DNA of 63,504 nucleotides, counting the filler, from Chiloscyllium plagiosum (lineage: Eukaryota): NCBI RefSeq assembly GCF_004010195.1. It is 4 parts of one record of this genome, joined end to end, with 100 filler letters (N's around TTAATTAATTAA, not from the genome) between each part and the next. Parts side by side here need not be neighbours in the genome. Positions count along the whole stretch, not along the records: positions 1 to 28,211 come from NC_057711.1; positions 28,312 to 53,571 come from NC_057711.1; 2 more parts are not named here. One strand, written 5' to 3'. The notes under the pieces were generated by a model. It had not been told where the DNA came from. It ran no database searches and was given only the letters and a program-made list of their open reading frames with translations. The position numbers and the translations under genes are program-made. How positions within the stretch are numbered: the first letter of the stretch is position 1; each line of letters begins with the position of its first letter. Shown in pieces: positions 23,670-34,664 of this stretch.

Positions 23670-25939
23670 CCGCTCAGGAAGAGGTGGATACTTTAGAGGG
23701 TTGAGTGTTTTATTCCCCCCTCCAATTCTACTTTAATTTAATCCCTACCCTCCCCTTCAGTTTTTTGTTCACTTAGGCATTGCTCTTGAAGAGAAGTGCA
23801 CTGCTTGTCACTGGCCACTGGAGTGTTTATTCCTGGTGGTGGAATAAAGTTTTCTGCACTCGTTGTTTCTTCACAGTGTCCTACACCTACATGCACACGA
23901 CATGGGTGCTGGGAGAAATGAGCACTACTGCTGTTTGGTAGCAGTGTGGGAGACTTGAGAGAAACAAAAAATATAACCAGGAGAACAGAATCTAAAAAAA
24001 AACGTATAACCAGGAGAGCCTTCAGGGAGAGATGGGCACAGTGGGGTGTGGAGTATTTTGTTCCCCCACCAACTCTATTGTGATTCAATCCCCACCTTCC
24101 TCTCCATTTTTGCATTCACTTAGGCAATGCCCTTGAAGAGCAGGGCCCTGCTCGTCATTGGTCACTTGGGTGTTTTCTTCCTGGTGGTGGAATGTGAATA
24201 ATGCTTTCTACACTCAGTGTTTCTTCACAGTGTCCGAAACCTACATGCATACTACATGGGTGCTGGGGAGAAATAAGCACTATTGTTGGTTGGCAGTAGA
24301 GTGGGGGATTTAAAAAAAAAAGTAACCAGGAGATTAAAGAAATAAACAGGGGATTCAGAATCTCCTAATCTCAGAGACTCACTCCAAGCTTCCTGACCAA
24401 AGCCAGCAAAAAAGGGTGACTTGGTGATGGTATACCAACCTCTGAAAAAAATATAACCAGGAGAGCCTTCAGGAAGAGGTGGACCCTGCGAGGTGTGGAC
24501 TTTTTGTTTCCCCTGCCAACATTATTTTGATATGAACCCTGCCTCCCCCTTCCCTTTTCTGCTTACGTAGGCATTGCCCTTGAAGAGAAGGGCACTGACT
24601 GTCACTGGCCACTCGGGGGCTTTTTCTTCCAGGTGGTGGAATATGAATAAAGTTTTCTGCACTCATTGTTTCTTCACTGTGCCCTACAGCATGGGTCCTG
24701 GGGAGAAATAAGTGCTACTGCTGTTTGACCATAGTGTGGGGGATTTTCAAAAACATATATAAACAGGGATTCAGAATCTCTTCATGTCAAGAAAATAATA
24801 TATAATCAGGACAGCCTTCAGGGACAGGTGGGCATCATGAAGTATTGAGTGCTTTGTTTACCCCGCCAGCTTTTTTCTGTTATACCCCCTGCTCTCCCAT
24901 TCACTTTTTCGTTCATGTAGGCATTGCCCTTGAAAAGAAGGACTCAGCTTGTCACCTGCTACTTGGGTGTATTTTATTTTCTACTTGGTGGTGGTATACA
25001 AATAACATTTTCTGCACTGGATATTTCTTTATTCTACACCTCCACACATGTGCTATGGTTGCTGGAAAACAAGCACTACTGTTGCTTGGCAGTAATGTGG
25101 GGAATTTTTAAAAAGTATAACCAGGAGATTAAAAAATTATAAACAGTGGATTCAGGATCTCCTCACTTCAGGGACTGATTCAGAGTTGACTGACCACAGC
25201 CCGTAAGTAAAGGTGACTTAGTGACTGTGTACTGGCCTCTGAAATAAAACTATAACTAGGAGATCCATTGTAGGCACTGCGGAGTACTTTGTTTCTTCCA
25301 CCAACTTCATTTTGATATAAACCCTGCCCTCCCTTTCACTTTTTCACTCACTTAGGCATTATCCTTGAAGAGAAGGGCACTGCTTGTCACCGGCCACTCA
25401 GGCATTTTTATTTCCTGGTGGTAGAATATGAATAAAGTTTTCGGCACTCTTTGTTTTTTCACTGCATCCTAAAACTACACACGCATGACAAAAAAAAAGG
25501 CAGGGATTCAAAAACTCCTCAGTTCAGAAAAAGGAGAGCCTTAAGGGAGAGTTGGGCACTGCAGGGCATGGAGTGTTTTATTTCCCCCTCCAATTCTATT
25601 TTGATATAACCCTTGCCTACCCCTTCACTTTTTCTTTCACGTAGGCATTGCCCTTGAAGAGAAGGGCACTGCGTGTCACTGGCCACTCAGCTGTTTTTTT
25701 CCTTCCTGGTGGGGGAATAAGAATAGAGATTTTTGCACTTGTTGTTTCTTCATTGTGTCCTACACCTACACGCACACAACATGGGTGCTGGGGAGAAATA
25801 AGCATGACTGCTGTTTGATGGTAGAGTGGAGGTTTACAAATAAAAACTGGAGATTAGAACTGCCTCCAAAAAAAAGGAGTGTCTTCAGGAAGAGATGGGT
25901 ACTGTAGGGCATGGAGTGTTTTATCTCCACTGGATAGTA

Positions 25940-26160
25940 GAGATCCCCAATGGAGGGCTACGTGGGGGTCCTCCCCCTTACCTTTGGTGATCAGGGGTGG
26001 AGGGTATTGCATGCAGCAGTCTTGTGTAATGGTAGGTTGTAGTGGTTCACAGACTCCCAGCCCAATTGTTTGTGCTGTGGAGTCCATGGACCATGTATTG
26101 TGGGCATGGGCCCTTCCTTTTTAGTTTTCTTAAAGATCTTATTTTATGTTTTTGGCTCAA
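25940..26160 (+). mobile_element. Tx1-like ORF2 C-terminal zinc-knuckle region fragment
   Basis: Across frames: DPQWRA, GDQGWRVLHAAV, WFTDSQPNCL, CAVESMDHV, i.e. a CxxC...H knuckle. Confidence 0.7.
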
Positions 26161-26180
26161 GTGGCTGTCAGAGGTGGATG

Positions 26181-26268
26181 ATGAGATGGAAATGTGTTGC
26201 TGGAAAAGCGCAGCAGGTCAGGCAGCATCTAGGGAACAGGAGAATCGACGTTTCGGGCATTAGCCCTT
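26181..26268 (-). mobile_element. 88-bp Penelope-derived insertion with 16-bp direct repeats
   Basis: CTGTCAGAGGTGGATG at 26165-26180 and 26269-26284. The insert matches the 2874-3082 family and begins inside the hammerhead core. Confidence 0.8.
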
Positions 26269-26454
26269 CTGTCAGAGGTGGATGGGTTGGGGAGGTGCCT
26301 ATGGCTGCAAGGGTGACCAGGGCCTCGGCTGGATGCTGCCACATGATTTGACAAAAAGGCCAATAGTAGACATCTGGCTTGCGACCATTGTCATTCAACG
26401 CCTTAAAATGGAGGTGTTTGGACCTGACCTGTGCACCAATTGGAAGATACTCAG

Positions 26455-27467
26455 GTCATACAGCCGTAGCATCATGACACAGAGACAGGCATTTTGACCC
26501 AAACTGGTTCATGCTAGCCAAAATGTCTCTCCACACTAACCCCATTTCCCTGCACTTGGCCTTTTAATCCTTTCCTATCCACGTACTTCTCCAAACGCAT
26601 TTTAAATGATGCTAATGTATCTACCTCAACCACTTCCTCTGGCAGCTCATTCCAAATGTGTACCACTCTCTGTGTAAAAAGGTTGCCCCTCAGTTACCCT
26701 TTTATTCTTGTCGTTCTAATCTTAAATTGATGCCCTCTTGACCTCGATTCCCCAACCCTGGGAAAAAGACTGAGTGCATTCACCCTATCCATGCCTCACC
26801 TGATCGAATACTCCTCCATAAGGTCCCCTCTCTTAGTGTCCTATGCTCTAAAGAAAAACTCCTAGCTTGTTGAATCTCTCCCCATAACTCAAACCATTGA
26901 GTCTAGGCAACATTTTTATAAATATCTTTTGCACTCTTTCCAGTTTAATAACACCCTTCCTATAACAAGGTGACCAAAACCGAACACAATACTCTAAGTG
27001 TGGCCTCATCAACGTCCTGTATAATTGCCAAATAACTTCCCAACTTCTATACTCAATGCCTTGACTGATGAAGGCCAGCATGCCAAAAAGCTTCTTCACT
27101 GTCCTGTCTACCTGTGACTCCACTTTCAGAGAACTGTGAACCTGAATTCCAAGATCCCTCCACTCCAGTACACTCCTTAAGTCCCCACTGTTCACTATGA
27201 AACTCCTACCTTGATTTGACTTTCCAACATGCAAGACCTCACACTTAACAATATTAAACTTCATTTGCCATTTCTCAGTGCATTTCCACAGCTGATCAAG
27301 GTCTTGCTGCAATTTCTGATAACCTTTCTCACTGTCCACGATACTGCCTACTTTTGTGTCATCAGCAAACTTACTAATTATGGCTTGTACATTCTCATCC
27401 AAATCATTGACATAGATAACAAAGAATAATGGGGCCAGCAGCACCCCCTGAGACACTTCACTAGTCA
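26455..27467 (-). mobile_element. CR1 3' half
   Basis: SQGVLLAPLFFVIYVND, KFADDTK and RPHLEYCVRFWSP in ORF 26848..27618. Confidence 0.9.
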
Positions 27468-28211
27468 CTTTCAGTAAGATTAGGGAGGGTGGTAAAAAAG
27501 GAGGGGGGGTGGCATTGCTAATTAGAAATGGTATAACGGCTGCAGAAAGGCAGTTCGAGGGGGATCTGCCTTTGGAGGTAGTATGGGCTGAAGTCAGAAA
27601 TAGGAAAGGTGCAGTCACCTTGTTGGGTGTTTACTATAGGCCCCCCAATAGCAGCAGAGATATGGAGAAACAGATTGGGAAACAGATTTTGGAAAAGTGC
27701 AGAAGCCACAGGGTCGTAGTCATGGGCGACTTCAACTTCCCAAATATTGATTGGAAGCTCTTCAGATCAAGTAGATTGGATGGGGCGGTGTATGTGCAGT
27801 GTGTCCAGGAAGCTTTTCTAACGCAGTATGTAGATTGTCCAACCAGAGGGGAGGCCATATTGGATTTGGTACTCGGTAATGAACCGGGACAAGTGGTGGG
27901 CTTGTTAGTGGGTGAACATTTTGGTGATGGTGACCACAATTCTGTGACTTTCACCTTGGTGATGGAGAGAGATAGGTGCGTGCAACAGGGTAGGTTTTAC
28001 AATTGGGGGAAGGGTAAATACGATGCTGCAAGACAGGATCTGAGGAGCATAAGTTGGGAGCATAGGCTGTCAGGGAAGGATGTCGTGGAAATGTGGAACT
28101 TTTTCAAGGAACAGATACGACGTGTCCTTGATATATATGTACCTGTCAGGCAGGAAAGAGATGGTCGTGTGAGGGAACCTTGGTTGACAAGGGAGGTTGA
28201 ATGTCTTGTAA
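27468..28211 (+). mobile_element. Young CR1 ORF2 endonuclease region, truncated by a gap
   Basis: Uninterrupted ORF with GVYYRPP, MGDFNFPNIDW, PTRGEAILDLVL and DHN. Nearly identical to 63273-63504. Confidence 0.93.
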
Positions 28212-28311
28212 NNNNNNNNNNNNNNNNNNNNNNNNNNNNNNNNNNNNNNNNNNNNTTAATTAATTAANNNNNNNNNNNNNNNNNNNNNNNNNNNNNNNNN
28301 NNNNNNNNNNN
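28212..28311. other. Artificial contig linker (N-run with TTAATTAATTAA)
   Basis: The same 100-nt spacer occurs three times and has stops in all six frames. Confidence 0.95.
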
Positions 28312-28515
28312 TGGAATGAGCTGCCAGAGGATGTGGTGGAGTCTGGTACAATTGCAACATTTAAGAGGCATTTGGAATGGTATATGAATAGGAAAGGTTT
28401 GGAGGGATATAGGCCGGGTGCTGGCAGGTGGGACTAGATTGGGTTGGGATATCTGATCGGCATGGATGGGTTGGACCGAAGGGTCTGTTTCCATGCTGTA
28501 CATCTCTATGACTCT
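28312..28515 (+). mobile_element. CR1 3' end
   Basis: WNELPEDVVE plus 3'UTR ending CTCTATGACTCT. Nearly identical to 49365-49570. Confidence 0.9.
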
Positions 28516-29105
28516 CTCAACTCTGATCTCCAGCATCTGCAAACCTCACTATCTCCAAGTTGATTTCAACCTTACTGAGAAGTCTCTTCTAGGGATGAAG
28601 TTCTCCTCCTCTGTCTGCAAAGATCTCAGTGAGTCCCTCTCTTACTGTACCCCCCAAGTCTGCTTCTCTGCCATGAAGCTCTTCAGCCATTTCCTCAAGC
28701 AGACGTGCTACCACAGCCACATTTCCTTCCTCAGTACCAGCCTACGGAACCGGTTGATTCCACATGGACACCGGACCACATTCAGACCAACCCAGTTTGG
28801 ACCTGAACAGGATACCCAGCACACACTACAAATCCAAAACCTTCAACAACTATTCTCTTTCTGGATCCTCCACTCCACATGTGCCACTATCTACTCTACC
28901 TGTAGTCAGTCCTGCCCCAGCTCAGAGCCACAATTTCCCAGACCTCCAGCGAACCTCTGTATTTCTACATCCTCAGGAGGATACATACACTCAACAAACT
29001 GTGTATTTATCTACTGAATTCCTGATGAAGGTCTGCGGCCCGAAACATCGATTTTCCTACTCCTGCTACCTGACCTGCGCTTTTCCAGCAACACCGTCTC
29101 AACAT
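28516..29105 (+). mobile_element. Internally deleted Penelope-like element with degenerate hammerhead
   Basis: Starts with the pLTR motif CTCTGATCTCCAGCATCTGC. CTGATGAAGGTCTGCGGCCCGAAACATC at 29022-29049. Confidence 0.7.
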
Positions 29106-29184
29106 TGGTTTGGAAGTGTTACCTAAGGAGCCTTGGTGATAGTGAATCTTGAAAATGGGTATAATGGATCAAATGGCCTTCTAG

Positions 29185-29360
29185 AGTCAGAGATGTACAG
29201 CATGGAAACAGATCCTTTGAGCCAACTCGTCCATGCTGACCAGATATCCTTAACTAATCTAGTCTCAATTGTCAGCATTTGGCCCATATCCCTCTAAACC
29301 CTTCCTATTCATATACCCATCAAGATTCCTTTTCAATGTAATTGTACCAGCCTCCACCAC
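29185..29360 (-). mobile_element. CR1 3' end
   Basis: Reverse complement of the CR1 3'UTR seen at 28312-28515. Confidence 0.8.
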
Positions 29361-29529
29361 CTTTTAAGGAGGGAAATTTATCTTCCTGGCAACCCACAGT
29401 CCGCTTTCTGTCTCTCTCGCGTCTCATGACAATGTAGGTGGGGGAAATGATAGTCTAGTGGCGTTATTGTTGACCTATCAATCCAGAGACCCAAGGATTG
29501 GCCTCCATCTTCAGGAGGAGCAAAGACAA

Positions 29530-32490
29530 GGAGGCTGCCAGGAAGGTAAATTTCCCTCCTTTAAAGGACTTACCTTGAGTGTCAGCGGTGTCCATTTTTG
29601 GGAGTAGCGAGAGAGAGGACCATGGGTCTGCTGGGAAGGTAAATTTTCCTCTTTAAAAGGACTTACTTTGAGTATCAGTGGCCTCTGTTTTCGGAAGCAG
29701 TGGTGGGAGCAGTGTGAGTGAGGAGCTGAGTGAGAGCAGTCAAATTGGGCTCTAGGAAGGTGGGTGAACCGATATATTTGGGCAGTGCAGGTGTCCCCTG
29801 CAGTCACTTCCCTCCAAAACAGGCATACTGTTTTGGATACTTTTAGGGGAGATGTCTCACCAAGGAAGGCAGCAGTAGCCAGGTTCATGGCACCATGGTT
29901 GGTTCTGCTGTACAAAAGGGTGGGAAAAAGAGTGGAAGGGGATTCAATTGTAAGGGGAATAGATAGGTGGTTCTGTGATTGAAAATGAGACTCCTGAATA
30001 TTATGTTGCCTCCCAGGTGCACAGGTCAGGAATGTCTCAGATCAGCTGCAGAACCTTCTGAAGGGGGAGGGTGAACAGCCAGTAGTCATGGTGCATATAA
30101 AGGCACCAATGATATAGGTAAAAAACGGGATGAGGAACTACAAGCGGAATTTTGGGAGTTAGGAGCCAAGTTAAAATTTCAGATCTCCAAGGTAGTAACC
30201 TCAGGATTGCTACCAGTGCCACGTGCTAGTCAGAGTACAAATGAAAGAAAAGGCAAATGAATGCGTGACTTGAGAGATGTTGCAGGAGGGAGGGTTTCAG
30301 ATTTTCGGGACATTGGGACCAGTTCTACAGAAGGTGGGACTTATAACTTGGCTCCTAACTCCCTAAATTCTGCTTGTAGGACCTCATTTTACTTTTTACA
30401 TATAACATTGTAACTGCACCTTTCCAATTTCTGAGCTCTGCCTATGTTGCCTCCCAACAGCTGGCGTGAAGTAGAGGTACAAATATGTAAACAGATTATG
30501 AAAGATGTAGGAGCAACAGGGTAGTGGTGATAGGATTTGAATTTTCCCAACATTGACTGGGATTCACTTAGTGTTAGAGGTCTAGATGAATAAGAATTTG
30601 TAAGGAGCATCCAGCAGGGTTTTTGAGAGCAATATATAAATCGTCCTACTCGGGAAGGGGCCATACTGGATCTGGTGTTGGGGAATGAGTCCATCCAGGT
30701 GGCTAATGTTTCAGTAGGAGATTAATTTGGGAATAGTAATCAAAATTACGTAAGTTTCCGAATGCACATGAACAAAGACATGAGCAGTCCTAAAGGGAGA
30801 CTGCAAAATTGGGGGAAGGCCAACTATACCAAAATTTGGCAGGAGCTGGGGATTATACATTGGGAATAGCTGTTTTACAGTAAATCCATATGTGGGAGGC
30901 TTTTAAACAGAGGTTGATTAAAATGCAGGAGAGACATATTCCTGTCAAAATGAGGGATAGAAATGGAAGATTGGGAAACCATGGATGACAGGTGAAATGG
31001 AGCAAAAAGGAGGCATACATAAGGCATCTGAAGACAGACGAAGCTTTGGAAGAATATTGGGAATGTTTGGAAAAATCTGAAACGAGGAATTAAGAGAGTT
31101 AAAAGAGGTCATGAGATATCTTTAGCAGACAGGGTTAGGGAAAATCCCAAAGCCTTTTATTCATATATAAGGAGCAAGAGGGTAACTAGAGAAAGGGTTG
31201 GCCCACTCAAGGACAAAAGGAGGAAAGTTACGTGTGGAGTTAGAGAAAATGAGTGAGATTCTTAATGAGTACTTTGCATCAGTATTCAGCAACGATAGGG
31301 ATATGATGGATGTTGAGGGTAGGGTTGGATGTTTGATTACTCTAGGTCAAGTCAGCATAAGGAGGGAAGACGTGTTGGGTATTCTAAAAGGCATTAAAGT
31401 GGACAAGTCCCCAGGTCCAGATGGGAACTATACCAGGTTACTGAGGGAAGTGAGTTAGGAAATAGCTTGTGCTTTAACAGATATCTCTGAAGCATCCTTG
31501 AACAAAGGTGAGGTCCCAGAGGACTGGAGTATTGCTAATGTTGTCCCCTTGTTTAAGAAGGGTAGCAGAGATAATCCAGGTAGCTATTGAATGGTGAGCT
31601 TGATGTCAGTGGTAGGGAAGCTGCTGGTGAAGATACTGAGGGTAGAATCTATTCCCATTTGGAAGAAAATGGGCTTATGACACTAAGATTGGTGGATATC
31701 AGATAGTGAAGGAGACTTAGAGAATACAGCAGAATATAGATAGATTGGAGAGTTGGGCAGAGAAATGGCAGATGGAGTTCAGTCCGGGCAAATGCAAGGT
31801 GATGCATTTTGGAAGATCCAATTCAAGAGCAAAACATACAGTAAATGGAAAAGTCCTGGGGGAAAATTGATGTACAGAGAGATCTGGAGAGATTGAGTAC
31901 AAGAGTTGGCAGGTCATCTTACAGATGTGTAAGACTTTGGTTCAGCCATATTTGGAACACTGTATACAGTTCTGGTCGCCACATTATCAAAAGGATATGA
32001 ATGCTTTGGAGAGAGTGCAGAGGAGATTCACTAAGATGTTGCCTGATATGGAGAATGCTAGCTATGAAGAGAGGTTGATTAGATTAGGATTATTTTCATT
32101 AGAAAGACGGAGGTTGAGGGGGGACCTGAATGTGGTCTACAAAATCATGAGAGGGACAGACAGGGTGGATAGCAAGAAGCTTCTTTCCGCAGAGTGGGGG
32201 ACTCAATTACTAGGGGTCACAAGTTCGAAGTGAGAGGGGAAAAGTTTTGGGGAGATATGCATAGAAGGTTCTTTATGCAGAGGATGGTGGGTGGCTGGAA
32301 TGCATTACTAGAGGAGGTGATAGTGGAGGTAACAGTAACGTCATTTAAGATATATCCATACACTCACATGAATGGGTAGGAAGCAGAGGGATGCAGATGC
32401 TTAGAAAATAGGCGACAGGTTTAGATAGAGGACCTGGATCGGTGCAGGACCGAAGGGCCTGTTCCTGTGCTGTAATTTTCTTTGTTCACT
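29530..32490 (+). mobile_element. Near-full-length but internally deleted CR1 (5'UTR repeats, esterase ORF1, ORF2, 3' end)
   Basis: ORF1 GDSIVRGIDR, CCLPGA and GTNDIG (SGNH esterase type). ORF2 DKSPGPDG and QFWSPHY. 3'UTR ends at ~32490. Confidence 0.85.
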
Positions 32491-32769
32491 TCCTCAAAGA
32501 AAGAAATCTTCGGGTCTTAGTTATACCTGCATTTTTCCCCCCAATTTTGCCTGCCCATTCATTCATTGCAAAAACTAAAATAATTTGGAATGTCTCAACA
32601 CCTCCAAAAGGTTCAGAGAATTTTTGTACCAATCATGACAATCTAATTGCACCCATCTAATTCAATTTCCTCATTTTGTTCATTGGTACTACTAGCATAT
32701 ACCCAAGATCTATTCAAATATACACCTGAAGTAATACCAATAAACTAGTCTAAGAAAACTGATGGTAAA

Positions 32770-32900
32770 CAACTGACTTCCATTTCAGACATTTTCTAAT
32801 CAGCCTGCTGAGAAATGTTATGACATACTTCTGTTGCAGGTCAAACTTGAACCTGTGCCTCCTGGAAGTAGGAATACTATCACTATGCCACAAGAACCCT
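32770..32900 (-). mobile_element. Short tRNA-derived SINE remnant
   Basis: TGGCATAGTG A-box-like and GGTTCAAG B-box-like motifs. A related copy lies at ~34115-34215. Confidence 0.5.
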
Positions 32901-33182
32901 CTTACTAAATCCATCAGAAACCAAAAACACCTGTCATACATCAATGCAGGCAAATAGTTCCAGTTCAGTTTTGGTATTCTAAATGACCGTAATCCATGTG
33001 ATCCTCAACAGTTTTAACAGGCTATTCCACCATATTGAGGGAGGAAGCTAATTAACAACCAGATTACAACTTGTCTATACACTGCATACAAAAAACACAC
33101 ATCAAATTACATACAATCTTTTCTCCCCTTGTTGGGTACAATTAGACATTTTTTTAATTATCACATGAACAGTGAAACTCAC

Positions 33183-33302
33183 TTCAGTCTGGGCATGCAA
33201 TAGACCTTTGTAACATCTGGAATTCCAATACCAAATATCTGAATGACTGATTTATCAACCACCAGTACCATTCCTTCAGAACATCTAAACTGCCAGGCAA
33301 TG
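33183..33302 (-). pseudogene. Candidate 120-nt exon
   Basis: Acceptor tcttatttttag| and donor AA|gtgagt in unique sequence. One frame is fully open: IAWQFRCSEGMVLVVDKSVIQIFGIGIPDVTKVYCMPRL. Confidence 0.55.
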
Positions 33303-34664
33303 CTAAAAATAAGATATTTCTGAATAATTCTCATGGCAGAACTAGCACAGCTTGAAAGAATAAAGCATCTTCCAAACATAGAATCAGGTTAAATTCCATA
33401 GCCTGAATAATTGGCAGTCATGTACTGAAGCATCTTGGCTAAACTTGTGTACAAAATATTTGTGTACAAAAACTTTCACTGCTCTTTCTTTGGGGAAAAC
33501 CTTCAACAGTAGTTTACAAAAAATGTATTTGTAGACAATAAGATTTGAAACATAATCTTAAGTTTCTGACTGAAGTTTTATTTCTTAAAACAGGATCAGA
33601 GCTGTTAAAAATAATCTAACTTTGAAGAATATATTTATATAAAATATCAACTGCTAAAATCAACTCTGAAATCCATTAGACTTTTGTTTTAAAAAGCACA
33701 AAAAATGTTTTCAGATAGACTTTGTGATAACTGAAAATGTTGACAGCTAACAATTATTCTAAATGAGATACACATAGGATTTATAAGCATAAAACACTAT
33801 TATTGATCTTAAGAACTTGGAGCAAGAGTAGGCAATTCAGCCCCCCGAGCCTGCTCCACCATTTGATACGATCATGACTGATCTCATATTGATTTCAACT
33901 TTATTTTCATGCCTACGGACCTTGATAAACTTACATCACATAATCAAATGGAGAATGTTTTTTGGTTTTGCCATAAAGGATATATTTTGGGTGACTAAAT
34001 GCTAAAAGCAGATTAACAGTCAGTCATTTATTTCTGATTAACTATTGTGCAAAAAGGTCTAAAGGATAAACATAGCAATAGCCAATGCAATTTTTCCAAT
34101 TAATTCTAGAGATCTTCTAATCCACCTGTTCAGTGATGTTATTATGCACCTCTGGAGCAACTGGGACTTGAAACCAGCCCTCCTGACCTAGAGGCGGGGA
34201 TATCACCACTGTGCCATGTGCAAAGTCCTCTTTGTTTGATAAAACTTCCTCTGACTAGACAGCTAACTTAACTGCTTAGAGAAATCCAAATATGAATGTT
34301 AATTCAGAAGTTATTAAATAAAAGCTATCACAGTGCATGGGCATCAAACACAAAACAGTATAATTGGTGTTTTATGTGAAAGAGAGGTGCCAACGCAATT
34401 CGTACTTCAAGCTTGTGGAATATGGATGAATTACATGGGTACATGAATTACATACAAACAATCATGGCAATTTTCTTCCTTTAATTTATATAAACTAATA
34501 TGACAGTGTAGCTTACTTTAATAATTTTGAATTAGTCAGAAATACCCATCAAAAAAATTAACTACAGAACAGTTTTAATTGCTGTTGAAATTTACTATCT
34601 GAAAATCTTGGCTGGAATTCTTTGAAGATCGAAATTAACCTTTGGCTATCAAAAAGTTAATGAA

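Larger units (their letters stand above)
18790..25932 (+). repeat. Tandem array of 16 units plus 1 partial unit (~300-450 bp), each a Tx1-3'end/LTR chimera
   Basis: Marker TGCCCTTGAAGAGAAGGGCACTGC recurs near 18940, 19325, 19675, 20005, 20365, 20780, 20975, 21200, 21450, 21730, 23785, 24130, 24580, 24930, 25365 and 25650. Confidence 0.92.

Noticed and set aside
18790..25932. CRISPR-like or RNA-gene cluster interpretation of the array
   Set aside because: Units are 300-450 bp, diverged, lack unique spacers and have no cas genes nearby. No tRNA, snRNA or 5S motifs recognised.
26848..27618. 256-aa ORF as a novel protein
   Set aside because: Chimeric read-through from the antisense of one CR1 into the RT of another.
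28212..28311. TTAATTAATTAA palindrome inside N-runs (also at 53572 and 58455)
   Set aside because: Identical artificial six-frame-stop linker; ORFs ending in LIN are artefacts.
29015..29052. Active hammerheads at 29022, 17388, 44940 and 62547
   Set aside because: Each has core, stem II or cleavage-site mutations, so they are recorded only as remnants.
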